Positions 1-13,171 of a DNA stretch of 64,000 bases are shown piece after piece. Each line of letters begins with the position of its first letter. Positions within the stretch are counted from its first letter, which is position 1. The stretch comes from Bugula neritina (taxonomy: Eukaryota > Animalia > Bryozoa), in the NCBI GenBank assembly GCA_964035545.1, contig OZ037766.1:1860001-1924000 (forward strand), written 5' to 3'. Position numbers and translations under genes: made by a program. The notes beneath the pieces are model-generated. The model was not told where the DNA came from, made no database searches, and worked only from the letters and a program-made list of their open reading frames with translations.

Positions 1-1197
1 ACTATTAGTATTAGTATAATTAAATTATTATAATTTATTATTTATATTTATTTCATTTTTTATTTTAAGACCAGCAGTTCAAATTAATACTTGTTTCGTT
101 TGCTTTATACTATAACTTACAAGTATAACTATCAACATAATAATATTACATTTGCTATTAATATTACTATGAATATAAATATTTATACTAATATTGCTAT
201 CGATATAACTTATACTTATAGTTATAACTAATATTATAAGTATTACTATTAGTATTAGTTTCGAAACTGATCCTGCTCCGTAACATACTGATATTGTCAA
301 ATGTCATATGATTATCATTATGATTATTAATAGTATTAATAAATATAACCATTGAATATTATTAATAATACTAATAGTTCACCAATAGGCGATAGTCATA
401 GACTGAGTGAGAGTCATAGACATAGTGATATTCATAGTCATACTCATACTGATACTGTGATTCACTGATTCAGTTACAAATTTTAAAACTTGATTTTACG
501 TAGACAACTACTAACCTATAATTCATCACAAAACGGTTGAAAATCATCATTTACTGCATATTTAAAAGTAATTTTCTGGTAGTGTGGTCGACGTGATAAT
601 TGAAATTAAAATAGGGAAGATAATTATTTTGTGATTTACAGCAAGTTACAAACCAGCGAAATGGAATAGTCCATTTGAAAACAGTCAAATTAGTTACCTT
701 TCTTGATGTTGCGTAGCTAACGTTAGTTATTAGTAGCCACCCGAAGAGTAACATTCATGTGATTTGAGCTACGAATGACGAGAATCTGAGACAAACCCGC
801 CTTTAATAACTTTACGCGATATAAACTCACGCTACAATAGGGCTATTTTGCCATCCCCACGTCAGAATAGGACACGGAGGGCAAGCTCGCGGGCAAGTCT
901 GGGCAAGTCTAAGACACCTAATGTGACCACTTTTACTTGCATTTTTGTAGTATTTTCGTATAAGAAATTGGATGAAATGCTGATAAAACAGTTGAAAAGC
1001 ATGCAAACTTGTGCTCAAATGTAATAAATAATCTGGATGCTTACGGCCTTTAAAACTTTCCTAATATTCATAGATTCTTTAAATAGCAAACTCATACCAG
1101 GCAAGTTGATGTTTAGAAAACGCATGTTGTTATTGTGATGACAACTCCTGCACAATGCATACTGTAAATATTTAGCATCGACTTTGCTTATAAAAGT

Positions 1198-1500
1198 ATG
1201 TATAGTGTAGTATATAGTATACAGTATAATATTATATTATACTGTATACTATACTGTATTGTACAATATAGTACTATACTGTATAGTGTATACTATAAAG
1301 TATACTATATAGTATACTTTATAGTATACTGTACTATATACAGTATACATTATAGTACAATATATTATACTCTCTACTATACAATACTGTGTAAAATACA
1401 GTATAGTATACAACATACAGTATACAGCATGCTATACTGTGTACTGTATAGTATATACAATACAGTACATTATATTATATAGTTACATTACATATAATAT
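1198..1500. repeat. Degenerate AT-rich low-complexity repeat (TATAG/TACAG/TATAC-type) in an SCP2 intron
   Basis: Short-period repetitive sequence; produces the spurious Y/I/S-rich ORF 1198-1482. Confidence 0.8.
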
Positions 1501-1524
1501 AGTGCGCCATGTTTCATATTGTAG

Positions 1525-3056
1525 GGATAACTCCAACAGATGTAGATGTTGTGGAGCTTCATGATTGCTTCTCGACTAATGAACTGATAACTTATGAGGC
1601 ACTCGGGCTATGCCAGCCAGGTTAGTATTCTCAGCCACTGATTGGCTGTTCACTCTCCATACATCTTGCTGATTGGCTGTTTAGTCATACAGCTTGTTGA
1701 TTGGCTGGTTGTTATAACATACTATTGTCTGAGTTGAGAACATTTTTATTCACTTGGCAGGTGAAGGCGGGGCTATGGTAGACAGAGGAGACAACACTTA
1801 TGGTGGAAAGTATGTAGTGAATCCTAGCGGTGGACTCGAGTCTAAAGGTCATCCTCTTGGAGCTACAGGTAAGTCGGGCTGCATCAATACCCCCCTCCTT
1901 TATTCTATTATCTAGCTTCAGAGTACTGGTTATATCGACTGAACTTGTTAACACAGGACTGGCCCAGTGTGCTGAACTCACCTGGCAGTTGCGGGGAGAG
2001 GCTGGCAAGAGACAAGTACCTAAGGCTAAGCTAGCCTTACAACATAACATTGGTTTGGGTGGCGCTGCAGTGGTGACTCTGTATAGACTGGGCTTCCCCC
2101 AAACAAGGTATGTTTTTGAGGGTGGATAAGTGTGTCCCTTGATTTAAGGATTGCTACAGGCTGCATATATTGAACAGATATACTATCCACTTACTGTAAT
2201 AATGCATTAGTATGTTTCTTCTGGTATCACAGTTATGTAACACTTTAGTTGTGTTCCTAGTTCTAAGCAGGTGGAGGGAGGGGACTTTGAATGTGCTGCG
2301 ATGTTCTCGGAGCTCTCGAATGTCTTGAGAAAGGTGGGCCTCAGTTCTCAGTCTACAGTATAGTTCTTAGTATATAATGTAGTCAGCTGGTTTCATAGTA
2401 AAGAATTTAGTTTAAATTCTTACTATGCCATAGTATGTATGTACATAGTTGGAGTTCCTAAGATGCTGTTACAGGACGGGGCGGCTATTGTGAAGCGAGT
2501 CAAAGGAACTTTCAGCTTCAAGGTAAAGAACTCGGCTGGTCGGGAAGCTGTTTGGTTTGTCAATTGTAAAACAGGAAATGGATCCGTAGAATGTGGGTCA
2601 ACCCGTAAGTAGCTCTCGTTGTGATTTTTCTTGCTATCACTTTTATGATATGAAATGTACCTAGTTAGAGTTACTATGGGATATAAATGTATATTGTGTT
2701 TGCAACGTGAACTTCTAACTAATATATACTGCTGCTGGTATTTAGAGAAAGCAGATTGCACCATCACCATGTCGGATAGAGATCTAGTAGATTTACTCAC
2801 TGGAAAACTCAATGGACAGAAGGTAAAACAACTCCCAATATGTTAAATAGTACAGTAACTTCATGAGCTGTAAAAGAAGCAGTTGCCGTTAAAATATTTC
2901 TTTAAATAAAACTTACCTTTTCCACGAGCAGTCGTTGAAGTTGTGTCTCGTGTTTTGCAGGCGTTTATGCAAGGAAAGTTGAAGCTGTCAGGTAACATGG
3001 CTCTGGCCACTAAACTAAAGGAACTGCAACCTTCAGCCCCGACCTCTAGACTGTGA
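1525..3056 (+). CDS. SCP2: Sterol carrier protein X / SCP2 (SCP2-type thiolase C-terminus + SCP2 domain), 3' portion; 5' exons lie outside the window
   Basis: Frame-consistent GT-AG exons 1525-1620, 1761-1868, 1957-2107, 2261-2333, 2475-2604, 2746-2822, 2961-3056. Translation includes [53 protein letters not shown] (SCP2-thiolase motifs), [12 protein letters not shown] and [19 protein letters not shown] (SCP2 domain), ending in PTS1 SRL*. Confidence 0.96.
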
Positions 3057-3200
3057 ACCTCCTTACCTCTAGACTATGAACCTTCCCACCTCTAGACTGT
3101 GAACCTTCCCGACCCCTAGACTATGAACCTTCAGCCCCGACCTCTAGACTGTGAACCTTCCCACCTCTAGACTGTGAACCTGCTCACTTCTAGACTATGA
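3029..3200 (+). repeat. Seven tandem 23-28 bp units spanning the SCP2 terminal codons and stop
   Basis: Units end in TCTAGACT(G/A)TGA (CCTAGA in one) at 3056, 3079, 3102, 3126, 3154, 3177 and 3200. Confidence 0.9.
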
Positions 3201-4297
3201 ACCTGCAGGTTACTGCCAGTCAATGAAACGTGACTGCTAGGAGTGGTACTGTTACCTTAAGATGTATTCAACGTATTCAATCAGACTCTTGGTGCTACTT
3301 GATTTGTTGATTGTAAATGATTATTTTACTGTAGTATATTATTTTACCATTCTAGTGATATTAGTTTATTTCATTATATATAATAATTTATTAAAGTAAT
3401 ATAAAATAATGCTGCAATATATTATGATATTGTATTACATTCTATGACATATTATTTAACCAGGTTAATGAGACACTTTCACTACTAACTATATTACTAT
3501 TCTTCATATTATAATTGTATATTTAGTATTTCCAATCATTGTCTGCCATTCTATATCTCTGAAATATACCATTTATCTACAATCAAGTTATTCTCTTTAG
3601 TTAAGTTTTACTCTAACCTCGCTCAAGGCAGCAGTCAGGGAGTATGACTTAGAATTTTATGTCAAATGTTTCATTCAGGGGATGTCACCAAATGCATTCA
3701 TATTCACTGTTTCATTTGGTTCATAACCAGAGCTCATGTTGGAGACAAGCATTTAATGGCCACATAATGCCTGGTATAGGTTTAGTTGTTGAACAGATTT
3801 CAGCTTAGACTATATGTTGAGTCATTCCTGTGAATATAATACCTTCAACTGTATTGAGAAGTCATGCTGATCAGGAATAAATATTATACATTATATTTAT
3901 CCGAGGTGCATTCAGAATCATGTATAAAAGGTGGAGAATAAACTAGAAGATATGAAATAAACTAGAAGTGACCTAGCTGTGAAGATAGTAAGTAAAAACC
4001 AATCTGGTATTTATAAAAACAAGTGGAATCTATACACAATATATTAGTACAGTACGTAGTGTAATATCAATGCAGTAATATATTAAATATATATCTCCAT
4101 AATGTATTTCATCTATTCTAAGGAACCATATAATAGACTATATAAATATAATTCTAAAAACTAAAACTTTCTGGAAAACGGAAAATGGCAAAACAACATT
4201 AATTTGTCCTAAATCTATGGAAGAAGTATAAAACAAAAAACAACAGTAAAATTAACTACAGTTCACTATACTAGTAACTCTACTAAGAGTGATGGTC

Positions 4298-7200
4298 TCA
4301 AATAACAAAGTTAGGGTCTTGTATTTTGATCTGACCATATCTTATGAAGGTGGTTAAGTTACTAAGTCTATCAGTGTACGCCAGCCCCGACTGGTAAGGC
4401 CTACGCCCCTCCGGTGGTTTGAAATAGCTGGTGTATCCATGGCTAATGTTACTCAAGGTTAAGTAAAACAAGTAAAGCGTGTTGCAGAACGATAAAGACA
4501 TGCCCATCAAAACCACGAATAGCAAGCCTTGATTCATGAAGATATACTTTACACAGCACCAGTAGAACAATGGGGAGGGCAACTCCAGCTACAAAAAGAC
4601 TGCTCAGTCACATGCCTCATCATTGAGTAGTTTGAACCAATAGCATTATTAAAAAATTAAATCACAAATGCTTTAATTTCTATATCCAAAGTAAAAGTCA
4701 GAGGATAAAAAACAATACACATAAAATTGGATATTACAAACGACAATTACAAATTACTAATTCAATATAAATAAAGAAATACAAACCCAAGCATGTTTAT
4801 AGCCCAAGTGTTCAGCATAGCCAGGGAAAAGGAGAAGGGTTTGTCCCAACCCAGCCACTAACACGAAGTTAAACCAGACAAAAGTGTAGTAGTTTCGCTT
4901 TCCTATGCATCTCATGGTGTAGAGGCAGTGGTGGTCCATCCAATAAACACATCTGTTACAGAGTTTACAGTGCTTGCTAGGCTTTGTGGGTATCAGCTAT
5001 AAATAGAATAAACCAGAGTTGTTTGCTCTACACAACAAACAGGTAAAAGGAAATTTACACTACGCCACAAAAGAAAACTCGGTCTCACTGTGAACACATC
5101 CACCGCCTCCCCAGGCATCAAAGTTACTGCGAACCACAGATTACAAGACTCCGTGAGTGGCGCTACAGCCATGTCTTTGCAACAGATCTGATGCATGAAA
5201 AGTGAGTAACTGTGTGTTCAACATGACAAATGTTGATATCCATAACATGGAACGTATAGTGCATACCTAACTAAGTACTCATTAGAAATAAACACACAGT
5301 TTTACTAAAATAATAGCAAATATAACAGTTTGAAAGTCACTTGCCAAAACTATATTTACAAAAACTGAAAATACAATAAAATTGGATGACCTTCACACTA
5401 ACCTGGCAGACAGTACACCACACTCCTGGCTTTCTTAGCTCAACGAGATCTTTCATTGTGTAAAAGGTGCCATTTTCTTTCCTCTTCGATTCGAGAGTAA
5501 ACCCTAACATACATACAGCAGGTTATTATAATTAAATAATGTAACACAACAGGGAGATCACAGAAAACCTGAGCAATAAGTGTTGAATGTCCAACCATGG
5601 GAGATATTGTCAGTTAGGACATATGCAGTACCTTAGATTATCCAAGACTATGAGTTTCCATTCAAAATATAAAAATATGACGCATATACTTCCTCCCTCG
5701 ACTTGACTGTATATAAAAAAGCTGATTGAATCTCAGAGATTTGAGTCCAAATCATCACCAAACACAGTTTTAAATTATGTTACATACTTTCAATTAACTT
5801 ACTGAAACTTCTTATATGGTACATCATGCATTATTATAACAAAATAAAATATGGAGTTTATAGAATAATTAACATCACCTATACTACTTTTCAAATTAGA
5901 ATCAAAACATCAACACATAACTCCATCCTTTGTAAATTAATATCATGTGAAGCCAGAGAAATGTTGATTTAAATTGAAGTTTATTTCCCCAATCAGAATT
6001 GTGCGTTACAAGGCCATACCTGGGTCACCAAACACCAGTCTGGCATAGAGGACAACTCCCACAACCAAACAGAGACAAATTCCAAAGATGAGAAGCATAC
6101 GACTATTTGTGAGGAGATCTTCAAAGTCAAGGAAGGAATATTCACTGCACAAGACAATAATAGAGAGGGCAACTCCAGTCAAGAATGATGCCAGCCTAGA
6201 AGGGTCAGGCAATCTGTAGAACAAATATAGCTTCTGTGAGTAGAGATAATCTACAGAATGAATACTATTTTTAATTTCCTAAACTGCCTCTCCAGAAGAG
6301 TTGTTAATTTCATTACTCAAGTCCTAAATGTCTCGCTAATTTCACTTGAGTTCATATAATTTCCTATTGCTTAGAAAACAACAATAAAACAAGCTATTAA
6401 TATTTCTAAATGCTTATTTAAAAATTGCCCATTAGTGATTTTATTTGAGGAAATTAAGATAATATTTACTAATTAACATTTTTCACAGTATTGAATAGTC
6501 TAATTTTACCATCTAGGACAACTGCTTTGCACATTATTACGTGAATATCTTGTAACAATAATAAAACTCCCAAAATTTCCTGATAAATCAACTTCTGCAC
6601 ATATTATAGCCTCATTTCCTTACCTACTAACATGATTGATTCGGGCCACTGCTGCAAAGCTACAGTTATACCAGATAATGAAGCCAAGTAGACTGAGGAA
6701 CCCTTGACACTGTGGAGTGAATATGCGGGCGGAGATCAAACCAGCCCCCAATATTAGCACAGGCAGCAGGAGACGTTGGTAAAACTTGAAAGGATATGAA
6801 GAGGATGGTTTATAGCCTTGACCTTTAGCTAGCCACGCCTCCATTTCCTGTGACAACGCAAATCCTCTGCAACAGAATGTGATCATAGCTTATAAACAGT
6901 AGAAAGTAAAGCTTTTCTATTAGTACCGGGAGCGGTGGAGGGAAGAGGGGTGCAAAGGGAAATACAGCTCCTAACAATTAATTATTACCACTTGCTAATC
7001 TCAGTGGTTATGTTCACAGGGGTTTCTAACTACCATCAAAGTAGAGAGTGGGCCTCAACTGCTGAAAATAGGGAGGGGTTATTCATTTAAACCCTCATCA
7101 ACCCCTCCCAAATATCTGAGCCATAATCCACCCCTACCCCAAGCAGCTTAGTCATGATCCACCCTTGCATTAAAATGTCAAAGAAATTTACGAGTGAAGA

Positions 7201-10200
7201 TGCTTTTAGTGCGCAGTTATCCGACAAAATCGAACAATATACACCAATATTTGGACACACCCTATTCCCATAGAAGATTTCTCACAGAAGACTATGAGCA
7301 AGGTATTATGGATACGTAACTGTGTTAGAATTGTACTAAGTGGACACAGTAGACAAGGTACGCAGGATGTACAGAGAAGGGGGCACTTACTCCATCTTGT
7401 GAAGGGTTTTAGCAATAGCCAGAGGGGTTTTGCCGTCACTGTTAACTGAGAGAGAGAGTTTAGCACCTTGACTACACACCAGCAGGTAAGACATGTGGGT
7501 TTGACAAGTCTCCACAGAGTAATGTAGAGCATTCGAACCGGAGTCGTCCACCCAACCCACATCCAACTGTTAGAGAAAAGTTCATCTTAGTAGGAGGTTA
7601 GTAGATTGTTAGAATAGATCAATAGATATTAATATATTGTTAGAATGGACATAGATATATTGTTAGAATAGATATTGAAAGAGCACAGATAAGATGGACA
7701 TGAGGTCAGACAAGTCAAACTTTACCTCGGGTTGTGACAGCAATAAAGACAGCATCTGTCGGTTGTTCTCCTTTTCTGTCTGTGCTATGATGTGCAACAG
7801 ACTCTGTCCGCTGCCAGTACGGGCAGCGTAACTCAGTCCACAGCATTCTGTGAGATAGTGCAGTGTTTGGCTGAAAGACATAATCTGGACCAATCAGAAT
7901 CAGTGTTACTTACTCTCATATGATAATGTACTAATAGCATACAGCTTAGTAGAGTATACAGAGTAGAGTATACAGAGTACACAGAGTAGAGTATACAGAG
8001 TATACAGAGTAGAGTATACAGAGTAGAGTATACAGAGTAGAGTACACAGAGTAAGTACACAGAGTAGAGTACACAGAGTAAGTACACAGAGTAGAGTATA
8101 CAGAGTAGAGTATACAGAGTAGAATATACAGAGTAGAGTACACAGAGTAGAGTATACAGAGTAGAGTACACAGAGTAGAATATACAGAGTAGAGTACACA
8201 GAGTAGAGTATACAGAGTAGAGTACACAGAGTAGAGTATACAGAGTAGAGTATACAGAGTAGAGTATACAGAGTATACAGAGTATACAGAGTAGAGTACA
8301 CAGAGTAGAGTATACAGAGTATAGTAGACAGAGTAGAGTATACAGAGTAGAGTATACAGAGTATACAGAGTAGAGTACACAGAGTAGAGTATACAGAGTA
8401 AGTATACAGAGTAGAGTACACAGAGTAGAGTATACAGAGTAGAGTATACAGAGTAGAGTACACAGAGTAGAGTATACAGAGTATAGTAGACAGAGTAGAG
8501 TATACAGAGTAAGTACATAAAGTAAGTACACAGAGTAAGTACATACAGAGTAAGTACACAGGAAGTACTCACGGAGCAAGCTCTGCTTTACTAGAGGCAG
8601 CGTAGTGTAAACTAGAGAGACCCTCAACATCCAGTGCTGCCACGTCTGCTCCGAAATCTTTTAGAATTTGTATACTCAGCAGCTGACAGAGTAATATAAT
8701 AATATATGATAATGTAATAAGGGATAGAGTAATATGGTGTGATATAATGTAGGATATCCTATATTATATATTCACATATACACAGTCTAATACGCATGAG
8801 AAGTGGAACAGCTGTAATATTATACACAGGAAGTCATGACCTATTAAATATAAATTAGACTGAGATTCTCAAATACCTGACCCTCCCTGGCTGAGAAATG
8901 TACAGGGGTCTGACCCTTATGGTTCGCAATGTTAGGGTTGGCGCGATTTTTCAACAGAACTTCCACTAGTCCCTCCATATTAGCAGCACAAACTCTATGT
9001 AGGAGAGTGTCGCCATCTTTATCTGTACATAACATACAGAGTAGCAAGTCTGGTGTGTAGAATATACATTACAATGTGTAGAATATATATTATAATGCGT
9101 ACAATACTACATCAAATGGGTAGAATAATAGATTAGAGTATAGAGAACATAGATTAGAATGTGTAGAATAAGCTCTGTAAGGAAATGCCAGAATAAAACA
9201 ACCCACAAGTAGACACATACCCTGGTGATTTATAGAAGCGGGATTTGTCCTCAGCATGTCACCCACTTCCTGTATCAACGACTTTTCCGGTGTTTGTGTC
9301 GTCATAGTATCTGTCACTATGGCAACATAACAACAGTAGAATCTCTTTTCACAAAGAGAGAATACAACAATATATTAACAGAGGAGTCAATGCGCGAGTT
9401 CTACAGAAGCTGCTGCAGGACCAGAAAAAAATCTTGGATACAAAAATCTAGAGATAAAACAGGACTTTGTGAAAATCACAACCCGGCCCCAAACTACAAT
9501 TTATATTGCGTGGAATAGAACTCTGGTTATTAAATGAACTCCACATTTACAGTCACACTGAATGACAACCCTGAATATTAGGTCAATATGTAAAGACGTG
9601 AAGACTACTGTCTTTGTATATCCTGCAGTATTTTAATGGTAAAACAGTTTTACAATATGATGTTTGTACTTCCTTAATCAACTAATTGTAAATCTTTTAA
9701 TCACAACAATTACTCTGAAAAGTACTGTGAAAAAAACAGCAAATTAGGCGTGAGAAGACAACTCCTGAAGGACTCACTGTGACCAGAAAGAGGAGCGGAT
9801 AAATATGAGGGGTTCACAAGTCTTCCCGAGCCCACAGGATGTGCCAAGGAGGCGGGGACTGAGGCCATATCTGAAGGAGATGGTAGGAAACCAGGCAAGG
9901 CTCCTGGACTCTGTGTAAATAGAAGACAGCCAATAAAAGATTGAGTTCAAACATAACCATGATTTCTAGCACAGTATCACATATGGCTGTATAACAATAT
10001 GTAGGCTTGCACATTTTACTCTCAAGACCACTTGACATGAAACCCACAACTACAGTGCAACACCCGGCCTCTGCCTCCCTCACCTCACTATGATGTGTTG
10101 CAAAAAATTTCAGCTTAAAGGGAAGGTAATCAGTTGATCAAATTTCAGTTTACGCTTCACAGAAAAATAAAATTCTTTTAGGAAAATAATTTAAGATCAT

Positions 10201-11989
10201 GACGACAAGTCTTCAATCAACCAATATTTATGGGGCTGAACTGAAACGTTATGTTATATTCTCAATATCTAGCATCACAATAACCCCACCACACTGTCCC
10301 ACTGATTCACACAACTCAGCGCAGCTGGTTTTTTGAAAATCAAGTCAAGTATCAATTTGAAAGATAAATCAAGTTAAGCACATACTTAAGTTATTTTGAA
10401 TTGTTGCTCAAATAAGAAGTATTGGTAGCTGTGTTTGGAGTTATTTTAAAATGTATACAACCTATTGATAACTGATAAAATATAATAAAAGTAAAAATGC
10501 TCCATAATTAAAATAATCATTTAATTTCTCTAACACTGACCCATACATTTGAAGTTCCTAGCATTTACTAGGCCAGTGCTTTAACCACTAAAACGTAGCT
10601 GCTCTATTTTCAAGCTCTTTAGTAACACTAAAATGGTAGTTGGTTGCCTGACAAGATTTACCAGTTTTAAATCACTTCAATTCAACAAACATAACTAATA
10701 GCATACTACTGGCACTCAATAGCATACTACTAGTACTCAATAGCATACTACCAGTACTCAATAGCACACTCTACTAGTACTCAATAGCATACTACCAGTA
10801 CTCAATAGCACACTCTACTAGTACTCAATAGCATACTACTAGTACTCAATAGCATACTACTAGTACTCAATAGCACACTACTAGTACTCAATAGCATACT
10901 ACTAGTACTCAATAGCACACTACTAGTCCTCAATAGCACACTACTAGTCCTCAATAGCATACTACTAGTACTCAATAGCATACTACCAGTACTCAATAGC
11001 ATACTACTAGTACTCAATAGCATACTAATAGTACTCAATAGCATACTAATAGTACTCAATAGCACACTACTAGTACTCAATAGCATACTACTAGTACTCA
11101 ATAGCATACTAATAGTACTCAATAGCATACTACTAGTACTCAATAGCATACTACTAGTACTCAATAGCACACTACTAGTACTCAATAGCACACTACTAGT
11201 ACTCAATAGCATACTACTAGTACTCAATAGCACACTACTAGTACTCAATAGCTTACTAATAGTACTCAATAGCGTACTACTAGTACTTAAAATTAAATAG
11301 TTTCAGATTTTAATGCCATAATCAAATGCTTGCTGCCAGTCAAATGAAACCTGTAATATTTATGCTAGAAGTAAACTTGGGGAGAAATCTGATAGTCAAA
11401 ACTGAACTTCCTCATGTCATACTCAAGGTTGTTATAAGGTCATCATTCACTACCTGCACTAAATATCTCTAATCAACATGCTTTACACAATAAACATTGT
11501 TTCTACAGAGCAGAAAGCCAAAGCAGTCTGGAACAGGAAGTTGATGTACGTTAGTGACGGACACAATGCCATGAGAGTTGTCCACACACCTGAACATTTT
11601 CCTCTGCCTTCTGCTTCAGTAGGTTATAGTGCATAGTATACATCAGTCTTCGATCATTTGCCTCAGGAGGGACTTGGCCGTTTTTCTATCATACAATAGA
11701 TGGGAATTTCCAGGAATTTGCATCGCAGGAGTGTGCGTTTTGGCACATACCACACAAGCAGCTTTAACTTATTCAATACTAACATCATGTTAAGAAAACA
11801 TTATAGCATAATATACTATACCTTCAATTCAGCAATCATTTGCAGCAAAAACACAGCTTTATCAGTGGGAATTGCCTGTTCCATGTGAATATCATCCTCG
11901 TCATTGGCAGCATTAGCAAAGCTAGCAAACATGTTGGGTGATGCAGGCTTCGTACAATCCTTCCCTTGGCAGTGTGAATGACTCATCAT
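4298..11989 (-). CDS. Ankyrin-repeat DHHC protein S-acyltransferase (ZDHHC13/17, HIP14/Akr1-type architecture), ~670 aa, 12 coding exons
   Basis: Exons (-): 11822-11989, 9778-9910, 9221-9316, 8877-9022, 8573-8682, 7726-7870, 7391-7566, 6624-6866, 6020-6213, 5403-5503, 4787-4996, 4298-4588; all phases consistent. Ankyrin repeats (DKDGDTLLH, GQTPVH, GLSSLHYAA, GSNALHY, DGKTPL), hydrophobic TM segments, DPG, CTVC...SKHCKLCNRCVYWMDHHC..RCIGKRN, C-terminal PY..G...NL..F. The first two exons rest on splice signals and phase only. Confidence 0.92.
7946..8560. repeat. Minisatellite, ~14-bp unit AGAGTAGAGTA(T/C)AC with shorter variants, in a ZDHHC intron
   Basis: Directly visible tandem array; explains ORFs 7833-8630, 7906-8559 and 7946-8572. 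Confidence 0.95.
10551..10605 (-). mobile_element. 5' fragment (tRNA-like head) of the SINE family at 12419 and 34937
   Basis: Reverse complement AGAGCAGCTACGTTTTAGTGGTTAAAGCACTGGCCTAGTAA resembles GGAGCAGCCGGGGTCTAGGGGTTATAGCGTTGCCTAGTAA of the longer copy. Confidence 0.55.
10696..11288. repeat. 21-bp minisatellite (AATAGCATACTACTAGTACTC), ~28 copies
   Basis: Visible tandem array; explains the STSSMLL ORF 10802-11269. Confidence 0.95.
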
Positions 11990-12418
11990 TAACAGATACA
12001 ACCTAGCATCATCAGCGTAACAACTTCAATTATACAAATTAATAACAAACAAAATCTTCTGTGTTTGAGCATAAATTACATGCATTATACAAGTTCACAA
12101 AAGCAGAATTTTAAATTAAATTTTAAGCCTGGGTTATAAATTCGTGTTATGGACATTGAGCTGGGTTAAATAGTTTTAATTTTAAATTCATTATTTTAAA
12201 ACCAGTAAATTAACTCATTGCAGTTGAAATAAGACGTGGATACATGATAATAGTTTCTGAAAAGCAGAGTATTATCTATATATAAAATTTCTACTTGAAT
12301 AAAAGAGCATTGGTGCCAATTTATAAAATCTATAAAAGTCGGGTTGTTGTATTAAGCAGCACATTTAACACTAAGATTATTAAGTCATGCAGCTCCATTG
12401 CCAGTTACAGTCAAACTA

Positions 12419-12657
12419 GGGAGCAGCCATGGTCTAGGTCCTAGGGGTTACAGCGTTTGCTTAGTGAACAAGAGGGCAATTGGTGATGTTAGGAAGGGCA
12501 TCCAGTCCAATGAACTAAAGCTTCCCATAGTTATAGGTGATAGTTCCATGATCCAGTCATATTTGCTCATGTGCTTTATTTGAATAGGTCCTCAGCCCGA
12601 TTTAACAAAAAACCCTTTCCACCAGGGGTGTCTCACAGGAATGGCGACTATAAACTT
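12419..12657 (+). mobile_element. tRNA-derived SINE with V-SINE-like central domain (copy 1, internally rearranged)
   Basis: Homologous to the reverse complement of 34937-35138; head GGAGCAGCCATGGTCTAGG (A-box-like); core GGTGATGTTAGGAAGGGCATCCAGTC resembles the V-SINE AGGAAGGGCATCC motif; shared tail CCTTTCCACCAGGGGT...GACTATAAAC. Confidence 0.75.
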
Positions 12658-13171
12658 GTTTGAGTTTTTGGACAGTTTAACCAAGTCAGTAACTGCAAGC
12701 ATGATAAAACTAACTCATGTTCAATTCTGAAGGCAAGACCAACAATCATTTCAATTTTCACGCACTTAATTTTATAATTTTTAAGAAAAAAGTTACAGTT
12801 CTACAACACAAACATCATCATTATGATAGCCATTATCAGTAAGATTATTACCAGTAAATTTAATTATTATAATTATCTCTATTGCCAAGTGTCTATAAGA
12901 CGAGTATTTATATTTGTTTTAAATTAGGATTAATTTTAAATCAGGCGTGGATATGGTGAGTGGATATGGTGATTATCGTATTAATTTAATTAAACTCATA
13001 GACCTATCACTATGGGCTATGAGTATGATCATGATCATAATGGTGTGGATACTAGTACGGGTATGAGAACTACTACTATCACTACAAGTAGTATTAGAAC
13101 TGTTATTAGTACTCGTATCTGTATCGAGTCTCTAGACCCTCCAGGGGAAAGAGGAGACCTTCATGGAGGAG

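Noticed and set aside
7833-8630. Long Tyr/Leu/Cys-rich ORFs
   Set aside because: Intronic minisatellite between two ZDHHC exons; the true exons use other frames.
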